A program made the position numbers and the translations under genes. A stretch of DNA of 64,000 nt from PVC group bacterium. GTDB lineage: Bacteria; Verrucomicrobiota; Kiritimatiellia; CAIKKV01; CAITUY01. The stretch's first letter is position 1; each line of letters opens with the position of its first letter. Shown here piece after piece: positions 46,998 through 56,699 of the stretch. Under the pieces are notes generated by a model. It was not told the DNA's origin and searched no databases. It was given only the letters and a program-made list of their open reading frames with translations. The stretch spans positions 16,321-80,320 of the forward strand of contig CAMBRF010000009.1 of assembly GCA_945870225.1 (NCBI GenBank). Reading direction: 5' to 3'.

Positions 46998-49529
46998 ATG
47001 CGAACTCGTCTTCTTTTCACATCATGGTTGGTGGCTGCCAGTCTTGTTATGGGTACATCTGTTCTCGCCGCCCCTTCGCTCCCCATCACCAAACCCCCAG
47101 TCTCCGGCACTGACACCGGACCTGATGCCGACCCCCACTCTGCCCGGGGTCAGTGGTTCTCCGATACCAACACGGTTGTGTTTGACTTCCGCTCGCACGA
47201 ATTTTACGACAATACCGCCGAACAAGCTGGTGGAACCAACCAGCACCGGGCCATCACGGGGTATATCACAGATATTAAATATGATAGCGAGTTTCCCATC
47301 CCCCCTCCCAAGATCACGAGCTTCAGCATCATAGCCACCATTTCGAACGACACGCCGTCCCTCCAAACGGGATGGGCCGGGGCCACCAATTCCCACGTCG
47401 AGGCTCTCAGTACCACGAATCAATGGAACGGAACGCTCTTCAGCGTGGTCCTGACGGCGGAATTCGCCTGGAATAATATCCGCTCCGGACCAACTGAGTT
47501 CAATTATCCCTACATTTTTGCCGCCAACGTGGACGTGAATGCCGTCAATGAGGATTTGTGGGCCTGGTATTGCTGGAATCCCTCCAGCTTTCCAACTCGC
47601 CCCGGCGGCTGGTTCGTGCCCGCTTGGAATTTCGGTGATATTCCTAAAGGAATGGGAGCAACCCGTGTGTTGAATTTTTCTTTCCAAATACCCCTGCCCT
47701 CCGAAGCGCCTCTTTATAGCGCTCTTAAAACATGGCAAATGAACGGCACGGATGTGTTCGCCAATCGTTCGACTTCCCTTAAAATTGAGTCCTGGCTGAA
47801 CAATATGGAAGCCGACTCACCGGCTGACCCCCTTGACTATGTAAATGTAACCAATAGTGTCTCCGTCTTTCACAACATCACCCCCCCCATCTCCCCGCTG
47901 GTCGAGACCAACGCCCCGGGGCTCAAGTGGAGCCAGTTTCCCGATCTCCAGTATGGGGTCAATGTCGAGTCGTGGGGCATCGGCACCTCAACGCAGAATT
48001 GGGTCTCTGCCTTCAAGGTAGCGGATGATTGGCTATGTGACGGGCGCCCGGTTGCCGGCGTTCGCTGGTGGGGCTCTTTCAAGGGCTATCTCTCAGGTGA
48101 CTACCACGAGCAACCCTCCCCGGCGTTTCAGCCTGTCGCCTTTCTTTTAACGTGGCATACCGATGTGCCGGCGACTCTGGAGGTCCCCTATTCCCGCCCC
48201 GGATCGATTCTTGCAAGGGAACTGTATCCACTCTCGGACCCCGCCGTCAGCAATCCGCCCCCGGGCCTCGTGGCGGGTCGGCACTACACCTCCGTCATCC
48301 TGAATAGCTTCATGCCCTCGCCGTATTATGAACATGTGTACGAATACACGGTGGATTTTCCCGCCGACAGGATCTGGAACGAGAAGGAAGGCCAGGTCTA
48401 TTGGCTCGCCATCGAGGCCGTCTACACCAACACGCCGACAGGAACACCCTGGGGATGGGAAACAACGGATCCCCTCCGGAACTGGAACGACGCGGCCGTC
48501 CTCATCACGAATTCCACCACCAATGCCCTGTTCCACCCGCCGCCCGGCTGGCCGACCAATGCCCTGTACGTCAACCAACCCGTCAACATGGCCTTTCAAC
48601 TGATCTCGTCCGTGGAAGGCCGGCGCGCCAAGAAATGGGCCCAGCCGCTGGATCCGACCAACGGAACCAGCCTGGCCTCCTATCGGGTACAGAATGTGGC
48701 CACACTCCTGCGGGCGGACGACTTCCTTTCCGACGGACGGCGCATTACCGACCTTCACTGGTGGGGCTCGTATCTGGGCTACAAAACCAATTTCCCCGGC
48801 CCGGTTCTCCCCCCGACGAACATGGCTGTCAAGCCGCTCGGATTTGATCTCGGCTGGTGGCAGGACATCCCCCAGGAGGGAGCGACTCCCAGCCACCCGG
48901 GCCTGTTGCTGACCAACGTCTTCGTGTCGATATCCAACTGCTACGAAGTCTACTACAGCACCCTTTCCCCGGGCGCCTCCCTCTATGATCACAAATTCCA
49001 GTACTACGTGGACCTGTTGAATGTCGCCACGCCCTGGCTCGCCAGTTCCGGAACCATCTATTGGGTGAGCATTCAAGCCGTCTTCCCCGGCTCCATGGAA
49101 CTTGGCGGGGCGGGCAGTGACGCCCTGTCCGGCTGGTCGTGGGCACTGACACCTCCGGACTATCAGTGGAACGATTTCTCCGTGTTTTCAGAAGACCTGG
49201 GACAAACCAACTGGCTGTATGGAAACCCCGCCCCGGTCGACCTCGCCTTTGAGCTCACCACGGATGAGTTAGGTGGTCCCAATGCCTGGCATGAACCGGT
49301 TATGATCAAGGAGATTCTAAGGAACAACCGCTTGTCGCAAACTTCGTTGAAATCGGTTGGAGATCTCGGGACCGGCGTCCAGATCATTCAGTTCTGCATC
49401 AGCCTCGTCACCTCGAACTGGGTTGATCTGGCCACCAACCCTGTCCCCCTGCCCGCACCCCGTACCAATTTCTGGGGGAACTTCACGCTGTCCGAAACCA
49501 GCACCTTCTTCAGGATCATCCAGAAATAA
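46998..49529 (+). CDS. Large secreted protein (about 843 aa) built from an internally duplicated ~300-aa domain, with a conserved C-terminal module
   Basis: Signal peptide (MRTRLLFTSWLVAASLVMGTSVLA). Duplicated segments DDWLCDGRPVAGVRWWGSFKGY / DDFLSDGRRITDLHWWGSYLGY and YWLAIEAVY / YWVSIQAVF. C-terminus ends ...TFFRIIQK. Confidence 0.55.
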   Translation: MRTRLLFTSWLVAASLVMGTSVLAAPSLPITKPPVSGTDTGPDADPHSARGQWFSDTNTVVFDFRSHEFYDNTAEQAGGTNQHRAITGYITDIKYDSEFPIPPPKITSFSIIATISNDTPSLQTGWAGATNSHVEALSTTNQWNGTLFSVVLTAEFAWNNIRSGPTEFNYPYIFAANVDVNAVNEDLWAWYCWNPSSFPTRPGGWFVPAWNFGDIPKGMGATRVLNFSFQIPLPSEAPLYSALKTWQMNGTDVFANRSTSLKIESWLNNMEADSPADPLDYVNVTNSVSVFHNITPPISPLVETNAPGLKWSQFPDLQYGVNVESWGIGTSTQNWVSAFKVADDWLCDGRPVAGVRWWGSFKGYLSGDYHEQPSPAFQPVAFLLTWHTDVPATLEVPYSRPGSILARELYPLSDPAVSNPPPGLVAGRHYTSVILNSFMPSPYYEHVYEYTVDFPADRIWNEKEGQVYWLAIEAVYTNTPTGTPWGWETTDPLRNWNDAAVLITNSTTNALFHPPPGWPTNALYVNQPVNMAFQLISSVEGRRAKKWAQPLDPTNGTSLASYRVQNVATLLRADDFLSDGRRITDLHWWGSYLGYKTNFPGPVLPPTNMAVKPLGFDLGWWQDIPQEGATPSHPGLLLTNVFVSISNCYEVYYSTLSPGASLYDHKFQYYVDLLNVATPWLASSGTIYWVSIQAVFPGSMELGGAGSDALSGWSWALTPPDYQWNDFSVFSEDLGQTNWLYGNPAPVDLAFELTTDELGGPNAWHEPVMIKEILRNNRLSQTSLKSVGDLGTGVQIIQFCISLVTSNWVDLATNPVPLPAPRTNFWGNFTLSETSTFFRIIQK

Positions 49530-49537
49530 CCTCTGCC

Positions 49538-49678
49538 CCGATCACAGATCGGTGCTACATTTCCAGTTTCAAGCTCTATCCGATGTAGCACCGATCTGTG
49601 ATCGGTTCCCGAGCGCACAGCGCGGTGATCCATTTCCATCCTCACATTCCATCCGATGTAGCACCGATCTGTGATCGG
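49538..49678. repeat. Three copies (one inverted, two direct) of a 23-28 bp unit atgtagcaccgatctgtgatcgg, each containing the internal palindrome ccgatc-tgt-gatcgg
   Basis: Read from sequence at 49538-49560 (reverse complement), 49583-49605 and 49655-49677. Immediately downstream of the 848-aa gene and upstream of a hypothetical/rdgC pair. Confidence 0.6.
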
Positions 49679-49832
49679 TAACCCACCACTATTCTGATCA
49701 TCCTGTTAATCCTGTCAAAAATCCCCGGATAGCCGAATCTATTGATGCGTCTGCCCTGGCGGGGCCGCCGCTGCGCGTTGACAGGCCACGCGCATTCTGG
49801 AATACTCCATCGAACTTCATGGGAGCGGGTGG

Positions 49833-50315
49833 ATGTCTATACAATTGACCGATGACCAGAAAAAAACGGTTGCCCAGTGGGTTAAGGATGGAAGCACTTT
49901 GTCGGATATCCAGCGCCGGTTGTCCGAGGAATTCAAGCTGAAGCTGGCCTATATCGATGTCCGCTTCCTGGTGATTGATCTGGGTCTGGCACTCAAGGAG
50001 CAAAACAAGCCCTCGGCCCCCATTCAGGACCTCAGCGCGCCTCCGCCTCCCCTGCCCGGCGATGATCCGGCGGCCTTCGAACCCGAATCCGCCCCCGGCG
50101 GAGTCAAAGTCGAGCTCGACCGCCTCGTCCGCCCCGGCAGCATGGTCAGCGGCACCGCCGTCTTCTCAGACGGCGTGAAGGCCCATTGGGCGCTGGACCA
50201 GATGGGACGCCTGTCCCTGGGTGCCGACAAGAAGGATTACCGCCCCAGCGCCGAGGATGTACAGGCCTTCCAGCAGGCCATAACCCACGAACTCAAAAAA
50301 GCCGGGTACGCCTGA
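49833..50315 (+). CDS. Hypothetical protein (160 aa)
   Basis: ORF with plausible start; Pro-rich central linker; no recognisable domain. Confidence 0.4.
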   Translation: MSIQLTDDQKKTVAQWVKDGSTLSDIQRRLSEEFKLKLAYIDVRFLVIDLGLALKEQNKPSAPIQDLSAPPPPLPGDDPAAFEPESAPGGVKVELDRLVRPGSMVSGTAVFSDGVKAHWALDQMGRLSLGADKKDYRPSAEDVQAFQQAITHELKKAGYA

Positions 50316-50337
50316 CGGACGACCGGGGAGATCAGCC

Positions 50338-51438
50338 ATGTCGTTCGAAAGCGGAAATATAACCTTCCGGATGTTTTACCTGCCGCAGCCCCTCCCCCGG
50401 GACTATGTGGAACGCTTCGCCGCGCGGGCCGCGCCGCCCATCACCACCCTCGGCTCCGAACCGATCCACGGCTGGGTTACCGGCCGGCATCTGCTCGACA
50501 CTCACATCACGGCTGAGACCGCCCTTTTCGCCGGCTTTCTGCGAATGACCTTGATGCGCGCCGAGCGCAAGATCCCCGAATCCCTGCTGCGGGCCGAGTG
50601 CCGCATGGAGGAATTGGTCAGGATGCAGGCGGAGGGCCGCGCCGAGATCGATCGCCGTACCCGCAGCGAAATCCGCAAGGAAATCTCCGACCGCCTGCTC
50701 CCCACCATGCCGCCTCAACTGAAGGGCATGGCCCTCGTCCACCTCCCCAAAAGCCAGGTCCTTTACGCCGAGGCCGTCTCGGATAAGCAGATGGATGCGC
50801 TGGAGGCCAGTTTCCGCGAAACCATGGGGTTTGGGTTGATCCCTGTCTCCCCCGTCTATGCCGCCGCCCACCGCCTGAAAGTCGATGTGCGGGATATCGC
50901 GCCCGCCAGTTTTTCGCCGGATTGCGAGGACGAGACCGCCGGGGACAGTATCGGCCAGGACTTCCTGACCTGGCTCTGGTTTTATTCGGAAGCACGCGGC
51001 GGCATGATCCGTGTGCCGGACCGCGGCGATTTCGGCATCATGGTCGAAGGGCCGCTCATGTTCGTGCTGGAAGGACAGGGCGCTCACGAAACCGTCCTCC
51101 GCCGCGGCACCCCCGAACTCAGCGTCGAGGCCAAAATCGCCCTCCTGAGCGGCAAGAAACTCCGCCGCGCCAAACTGCTTCTGGCCCGCGGCCAGGATAC
51201 CTGGCAGGTCACGCTCGATGCCGACCTGTTTACCTTCCGGGGCCTGAAACTCCCCGAAGCGGAGAAACTGGAACCGGTCAGCCGGTTCCAGGAACGCATG
51301 ACGTCCCTCGACACCTTCACCGGGACGTTTTTCGATATCTACGATCGGTTCATTAAGGAGCGCACCGACGCAAAGGTCTGGGAGAAAACCCGGACCGAAA
51401 TCCATCGCTGGGTAAGTGAACGGTCCGCCCGGAAATAG
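50338..51438 (+). CDS. rdgC: Recombination-associated protein RdgC-like
   Basis: The N-terminus (NITFRMFYLPQPL...GWV...RKIPESLL...LLPTMPP) lines up with the E. coli RdgC N-terminus as recalled from memory (MLWFKNLMVYRL...GWVPP...KILPSPVI...LLPRAF). Confidence 0.5.
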   Translation: MSFESGNITFRMFYLPQPLPRDYVERFAARAAPPITTLGSEPIHGWVTGRHLLDTHITAETALFAGFLRMTLMRAERKIPESLLRAECRMEELVRMQAEGRAEIDRRTRSEIRKEISDRLLPTMPPQLKGMALVHLPKSQVLYAEAVSDKQMDALEASFRETMGFGLIPVSPVYAAAHRLKVDVRDIAPASFSPDCEDETAGDSIGQDFLTWLWFYSEARGGMIRVPDRGDFGIMVEGPLMFVLEGQGAHETVLRRGTPELSVEAKIALLSGKKLRRAKLLLARGQDTWQVTLDADLFTFRGLKLPEAEKLEPVSRFQERMTSLDTFTGTFFDIYDRFIKERTDAKVWEKTRTEIHRWVSERSARK

Positions 51439-51480
51439 CGCCCGGTTACGAATACACCCCGGCCTTAGCGGAGAGCAACG

Positions 51481-52176
51481 ATGAAACTTTCAGTCGTCAT
51501 TCCGGTCTACAACGAATCCACAACGATACGCGACATCGTCAAACTCGTCATGGAGTCGAACCCCCAGATCGAGAAGGAACTGATCCTCGTGGATGACTGC
51601 TCGAAGGACGGTACGCGAAACATCCTGAAGGAGATGTCCGTCGAACATCCCGAATGGCGGGTCCTGTTCCATGAGCGGAATCGGGGCAAGGGCGCCGCCC
51701 TGCGAACCGGGTTTGCCGCCGCCACCGGCGATATCATCATCATCCAGGACGCCGATATGGAATACGATCCGAAGGAATACCCGATCCTGCTGGGCCCCAT
51801 CCTCGAAGGCCGGGCGGACGTCGTCTTCGGCTCACGGTTCCTCGGCGGAGGCTCCCACCGCGTGTGCTATTTCTGGCATTACATGGGGAATAAACTGCTG
51901 ACCACGCTCTCCAACATGGCCACAAACCTCAACCTCACCGATATGGAAGTCTGCTACAAGGTCTTCCGCCGCGAGGTTCTTCAGGGCCTCGTCATCCAGG
52001 AGGAGCGCTTTGGCTTTGAAGTGGAGATCACCGCCAAGGTCGCCCACGAGAAATGGCGGATCTACGAGGTGCCCATTTCCTATTACGGCCGATCCTACGA
52101 GGAAGGCAAAAAAATCACCTGGCGCGACGGCTTCCGCGCCTTGTGGTGCATCTTGAAGTACCGGTTTGTCCGGTAA
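51481..52176 (+). CDS. GT2 glycosyltransferase, dolichol/polyprenol-phosphate mannosyltransferase-like
   Basis: [16 protein letters not shown]...[10 protein letters not shown]...[11 protein letters not shown] are DPM1-like motifs. Confidence 0.8.
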   Translation: MKLSVVIPVYNESTTIRDIVKLVMESNPQIEKELILVDDCSKDGTRNILKEMSVEHPEWRVLFHERNRGKGAALRTGFAAATGDIIIIQDADMEYDPKEYPILLGPILEGRADVVFGSRFLGGGSHRVCYFWHYMGNKLLTTLSNMATNLNLTDMEVCYKVFRREVLQGLVIQEERFGFEVEITAKVAHEKWRIYEVPISYYGRSYEEGKKITWRDGFRALWCILKYRFVR

Positions 52177-52191
52177 GAGACTCCGCCCGGC

Positions 52192-53256
52192 TCACATACC
52201 CGGGATGAATTTCTGCGCCGGATCGAAATCCACCAGGAACTCCGCCAGCAACTTGGACGCATTGTCCAGATCGTCCAGTGAAATAACTTCCACCGGTGTA
52301 TGCATATACCGGTTCGGCACGCTCAGCAGGGCGGCCGCCACGCCTGCCCGGTTGACCTGGATCGCGTTGGCATCGGTTCCCGTTGCCCGCGGCTCCGCCG
52401 TCACCTGGAAGGGTATCTTCCGCTTTTTAGCCGTCGCCTCAAGCAACCGCCCCAGAACAGGGTTGATATTCGGGCCGCGATGAAGGGTCGGCCCCTTGCC
52501 GAGATGGCACTCGCCCGTGCGCTTCGGGTCTGACCCAGGGAAATCGGAGGCAAAGCCCACGTCCACCGCAATCCCCACGTGCGGGTCAATGCTGAACGCA
52601 CTGGTCTGGGCCCCGCGCAGGCCGATCTCCTCCTGCACGCTGGTCACCCCGTATACCCCCACCTTGACCTTGCGCCCCTTCAAACGCCGCAACGTCTCCG
52701 TGACGACAAACGCGCCAGCCCGGTCGTCAAAGCCGCGACCGGCCACCAGGTTGTTCATCATCACCTCAAGCCCCACGTCGATGGTCACGTAATCCCCCAC
52801 CGCCACATGGCGCTCGGCCTCTTTCTTCTTTTTGGCCCCGATATCGATGAACAGTTCATGCATCTTCACCGGCTTGCCGCGTTCTTCCTGCTCGAGAAGA
52901 TGAATCGGCTTGCGCCCGATCACCCCGAACACCGCGCCGCCGGCGGCATGAACCTTTACCCGCTGACCGCTGATCACCGCCGTATCCACTCCGCCCACCG
53001 ACGAGAAGTAGAGATACCCGCGGTCATCAATGTGCATGATCATCAGACCGATTTCATCGCAATGCCCCGATAACATCACGCGGACCTTCGCCTGGGGATT
53101 GATCACCCCGATGACGTTACCGTGGACATCGGCGCGAATCTCGTCACAGGTGGCACGCATCCGGCGTTTGAGGACTTCCTGAATCCCCCACTCGAATCCG
53201 GAGGGACTCGCAATACCGATCAGCTGCCGCAGAAAATCGAGGGAATCTTTTTGCAT
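52192..53256 (-). CDS. M42-family metallo-aminopeptidase (FrvX/cellulase-M-like)
   Basis: LRQLIGIASPSGFE...HGNVIGV...GHCDEIG...GRGFDDRAG are M42 signatures. Confidence 0.8.
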   Translation of the reverse strand: MQKDSLDFLRQLIGIASPSGFEWGIQEVLKRRMRATCDEIRADVHGNVIGVINPQAKVRVMLSGHCDEIGLMIMHIDDRGYLYFSSVGGVDTAVISGQRVKVHAAGGAVFGVIGRKPIHLLEQEERGKPVKMHELFIDIGAKKKKEAERHVAVGDYVTIDVGLEVMMNNLVAGRGFDDRAGAFVVTETLRRLKGRKVKVGVYGVTSVQEEIGLRGAQTSAFSIDPHVGIAVDVGFASDFPGSDPKRTGECHLGKGPTLHRGPNINPVLGRLLEATAKKRKIPFQVTAEPRATGTDANAIQVNRAGVAAALLSVPNRYMHTPVEVISLDDLDNASKLLAEFLVDFDPAQKFIPGM

Positions 53257-53378
53257 GGTAAACAGTCCTTATTGAGTAATCTCCAAGAACTTAACACGAG
53301 CAGGCGAATCGTCAACCCCCAAGCCAACATCCGAAATTTTCTATTGCGGTGCGTGCCGTTCTGCGCCTATATGCGTCC

Positions 53379-54044
53379 ATGACCAGCGCGCTTGAACGGA
53401 AAACCCTTATCACCTTTGTTCACCGAGGCATCCGGCGGCATTTCGAGACCCACCCTTCCCCGGTCGCTGATTTCATGGCCGTTCGCACCCTCGCGCCATT
53501 CCGCGTCCTGGTCGCCACCATCCTGAGCGCCCGGACCAGGGACCAGACCACTTCCGCCGTTTCCGAACGCTTGTTCAAGACGGTAAAGGACCTCGAGGAT
53601 CTAAGCAGGATATCCCTCGCCGACCTGACCAACCTCATCCACCCCGTCGGCTTCTACCGCACTAAGGCGCGCCTACTAAAAGAACTGCCCGATGCAGTGA
53701 CAACCCTTTTCGCCGGACGGATCCCCGACACCGTCGAGGATCTGGTCCGTCTGCCGGGCGTCGGCCGCAAAACGGCCAATCTTGTGGTCTCGGAGGCGTT
53801 CGATAAACCCGGCATCTGCGTCGATGTTCATGTTCATCGTATTTCCAACCGGCTCGGCCTGATCCGGACCCGGACCCCGCTGGAGACGGAAACGACCCTC
53901 CGCCGCATTCTCCCCGCGCGCTATTGGAAAACCTGGAACCGCTACCTGGTAGCCTTTGGACAAACCCTCTGCACCCCGCGTAATCCCCAGTGTGCCGACT
54001 GTCCGCTCCGACCCCGCTGCCGGCGAGTCGGCGTCAAGGCCTGA
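53379..54044 (+). CDS. nth: Endonuclease III (HhH-GPD DNA glycosylase with 4Fe-4S cluster)
   Basis: HhH motif LPGVGRKTANLV, catalytic Asp region, and a C-terminal C-x6-C-x2-C-x5-C cluster (CTPRNPQCADCPLRPRC). Confidence 0.8.
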   Translation: MTSALERKTLITFVHRGIRRHFETHPSPVADFMAVRTLAPFRVLVATILSARTRDQTTSAVSERLFKTVKDLEDLSRISLADLTNLIHPVGFYRTKARLLKELPDAVTTLFAGRIPDTVEDLVRLPGVGRKTANLVVSEAFDKPGICVDVHVHRISNRLGLIRTRTPLETETTLRRILPARYWKTWNRYLVAFGQTLCTPRNPQCADCPLRPRCRRVGVKA

Positions 54045-54053
54045 TCCGTTCCT

Positions 54054-54812
54054 TCAGCGCAGGGACAACTGGGTACCCTTTTTTTCCTGCAACACCGTGA
54101 ACAGCCCCGGCCATTGGGTGCTGGCGAGCGGATCGTTGCTTGTCGACCAATTGGTGGAGACGGAAATCGCCCGGAGCAATCGCACGGCGGTGCCCGTTCG
54201 GATTCCGGCGTAAAACCCGCTATCACGGGAGTCCACATGCACGGCCGTCCACTGGCTGGTGCTGAGGCCCGGCGGCACAAAGCTCGTCGTCGTCCCGCCT
54301 CCCGTGACATTATCCCAGCCCCCATTGGCAAAGTTCAGCCCGTATATCATCGTCGCGTCAAGGGCAAGCCCGCGCCAGGTCGTGACCTCGCCTTCCTGCG
54401 TGGAAACCGTGCCGGTGTAGACAAACAATTGATCCCCGTCCACTGACAGGGATGGCCATCCTCCGGAATACGTTCCCACACTCCATTCGCGCACGGTTCT
54501 ACCTCTCCAGGCCACGACGGTCCCCGCCGGAAGATCATGGGTATGGGTCCAGGTCAGCGGACCCGGCAGAACCGCATCCCCCAGGTGCTCGCTCCAGCGG
54601 AAGAACCCGTTACTGACCGAGGAATCCGTAAAGCAAACCCTGGTGTTTGCCGGAATCGCACGGAGGGCCACCCAGGCAAAATCATCGTCTTCATCCGTGT
54701 TGAAGGCCACCACGGCGATATCCCCCGCCGCCAGGGGACCCCCGGCGGAAGCGCCCCACCCCGCGAACAGCACAATCCAGACCGCCATGGTTCTTTTGAA
54801 AAAATGAAACAT
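54054..54812 (-). CDS. Secreted hypothetical protein (252 aa)
   Basis: Signal peptide (MAVWIVLFAGWGASA); beta-rich; no assignable domain. Confidence 0.4.
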   Translation of the reverse strand: MFHFFKRTMAVWIVLFAGWGASAGGPLAAGDIAVVAFNTDEDDDFAWVALRAIPANTRVCFTDSSVSNGFFRWSEHLGDAVLPGPLTWTHTHDLPAGTVVAWRGRTVREWSVGTYSGGWPSLSVDGDQLFVYTGTVSTQEGEVTTWRGLALDATMIYGLNFANGGWDNVTGGGTTTSFVPPGLSTSQWTAVHVDSRDSGFYAGIRTGTAVRLLRAISVSTNWSTSNDPLASTQWPGLFTVLQEKKGTQLSLR

Positions 54813-54859
54813 AACTACTAATTAGTAGTTAAGTATCACGATAAAACCAAACCCGTCAA

Positions 54860-55000
54860 CAGGCAATTACCCGGGAGTTACGGATGGCTCCCTGCCGCCT
54901 TGTGCGGCAGGCAATTACTGGGAGTGACAGGATGGCTCCCTGCCGCCTTGTGCGGCAGGTGCCTAAAATTTGCGCGACCCGCGACACGAGGTCGCGGGGA
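54860..55000. repeat. Family B repeat: tandem ~49-bp duplication (…ggatggctccctgccgccttgtgcggcagg ×2) followed by a second hairpin (cccgcgacacgaggtcgcggg)
   Basis: Direct tandem units at 54860-54910 and 54909-54959; an inverted related copy lies at 39031-39100. Downstream of the DEAD-box helicase gene. Confidence 0.6.
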
Positions 55001-55018
55001 CGCTAAGGCAGGCCCGAA

Positions 55019-56614
55019 TCAGCGCGGACGGGAACTACCACCCATGCCGCCCCGGCGGGGTCCGGACGGACGGCCAGCATAGCGCGCCGGCGCGGGCCGG
55101 CGATGGCTTTCGTGAGCCCCCAGCGCAGGCGGCCGAACCAGCAGGGCTGGCTCAGGATTCTCGTAGTCCAGGGAACGCCCGATATACTTCTCGATCTCGG
55201 GCATGGAGAACGCCTCGTTTTCACAGGCAAACGTATAGGCCACCCCGGTAGCACCCGCCCGACCGGTACGCCCGATCCGGTGCACATAATCTTCCGCATC
55301 AAAAGGAATGTCGTAGTTGATCACATGCGTGATCCCGTCGACGTGCAGACCCCGTCCGGCCACGTCCGTCGCCACCAGAACCCGGATCGTACCGTCACGA
55401 AAACCTTCCAGAACCTGTAACCGCTTCTTCTGGGGAACCGCACCCGACAACAGGGCGGCGCTGATCCCACACCGCTCCATCATCCACATCACGCGCTCGG
55501 TCTCATCCCGCCGGTTGCAGAACATCAGGAGGCGTTCAGGATTGTCCCGCTGCAACAGGTTATAGAACAACGAGAACCGGTCCTTGGACGAAACCGTATA
55601 AATCACCTGCTTGATGGAATCCACCGTCACCTTTTCCGGCTCCACCTCCACCGTGACCGGCGCATTCATCCAGCGCGAGGCCAGCCGCATGATATCCTCC
55701 GTCAGCGTGGCGCTGAAAAGAAGCGTCTGGCGCAATTGGCAATTTGGCATGGAGTGCACGATCGTCCGCACATCGGGAATAAAGCCCATGTCCAGCATCC
55801 GGTCGGCTTCATCAATCACCAGAATCTCAACGTGGCGGAGATCCAGAATCCCGCCCCGCCTGAAATCCAGCAGCCGGCCCGGGGTCGCCACGATGATATC
55901 GGGACTGGTATTGATCAACTGGGTCTGCTGCTTCTCGTAATCCATGCCGCCGTAAACACCCAGCACCTTGCACCCGCAGTACTTGCCGATCAACTTGGCA
56001 TCGTGCTCGATCTGGATCACCAGTTCACGGGTCGGGGCGAGAATCAGGGCGCGAGGTGCCCCCATCTTCCCGGGTGCCACACGCGGCTTGCGCAGGAAAT
56101 GAGTGAAAACCGTGACCAGGAACGCCGCCGTCTTGCCGGTTCCCGTCTGGGCACGACCCGTAACATCCTTGCCTTCCAGCGCCGGGGGAATCGCACGCGC
56201 CTGGACCGTCGTACAATACTGGAATTCGAGGTCCGCAATCGCATGCAGAATCGGCTCCGCCAGGTTCAGGTCGTGAAACCGTGTCTTTCCCTCGGCGGGT
56301 GGCACAACATATTGATCCGCCGACCATTTTTCCACAGGTTTGACGGCGACAGGCGCCTTGGCAACAGGCTTGTGGGCGGCCGTCGCCGGCTTGGCTGCCG
56401 CAGGAGCCGCCCGGCTTGCGGCACGCGCCGGTGGCTGCCGGACGTAAGGCGCACGGGCCGAGGAGACAGGCGCACGGGCCACGGCTTGTGAACGGGCTGG
56501 CGCCGATGCGGGCAAAGGCTTCGCGAGAGAGGTATCCTTGGCCCGCGGAACAGCGGACCGGCGACCAAGGCGTTTAATCTGATGACTGATTTTTTGAAGT
56601 AATCTACGTACCAT
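55019..56614 (-). CDS. DEAD-box ATP-dependent RNA helicase with Ala/Pro/Lys-rich N-terminal and RG-rich C-terminal extensions
   Basis: Q-motif, Walker A AQTGTGKTAAF, DEAD (VIDEADRMLDMGF), SAT, HRIGRTGRAG; about 110-aa low-complexity N-terminus. Confidence 0.85.
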   Translation of the reverse strand: MVRRLLQKISHQIKRLGRRSAVPRAKDTSLAKPLPASAPARSQAVARAPVSSARAPYVRQPPARAASRAAPAAAKPATAAHKPVAKAPVAVKPVEKWSADQYVVPPAEGKTRFHDLNLAEPILHAIADLEFQYCTTVQARAIPPALEGKDVTGRAQTGTGKTAAFLVTVFTHFLRKPRVAPGKMGAPRALILAPTRELVIQIEHDAKLIGKYCGCKVLGVYGGMDYEKQQTQLINTSPDIIVATPGRLLDFRRGGILDLRHVEILVIDEADRMLDMGFIPDVRTIVHSMPNCQLRQTLLFSATLTEDIMRLASRWMNAPVTVEVEPEKVTVDSIKQVIYTVSSKDRFSLFYNLLQRDNPERLLMFCNRRDETERVMWMMERCGISAALLSGAVPQKKRLQVLEGFRDGTIRVLVATDVAGRGLHVDGITHVINYDIPFDAEDYVHRIGRTGRAGATGVAYTFACENEAFSMPEIEKYIGRSLDYENPEPALLVRPPALGAHESHRRPAPARYAGRPSGPRRGGMGGSSRPR

Positions 56615-56699
56615 AAGCGCAAGAGGTTACGCTTTCCATTTAGCCAATACAAGCCCCGATGTCAGCCCTCAAAACGGCGCACCATCGTGTGAAGCGATG

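Noticed and set aside
50332-51405. 357-aa minus-strand ORF antisense to the rdgC-like gene
   Set aside because: The plus-strand frame aligns with the RdgC N-terminus. The minus frame is low-complexity Gly/Ala/Glu-rich
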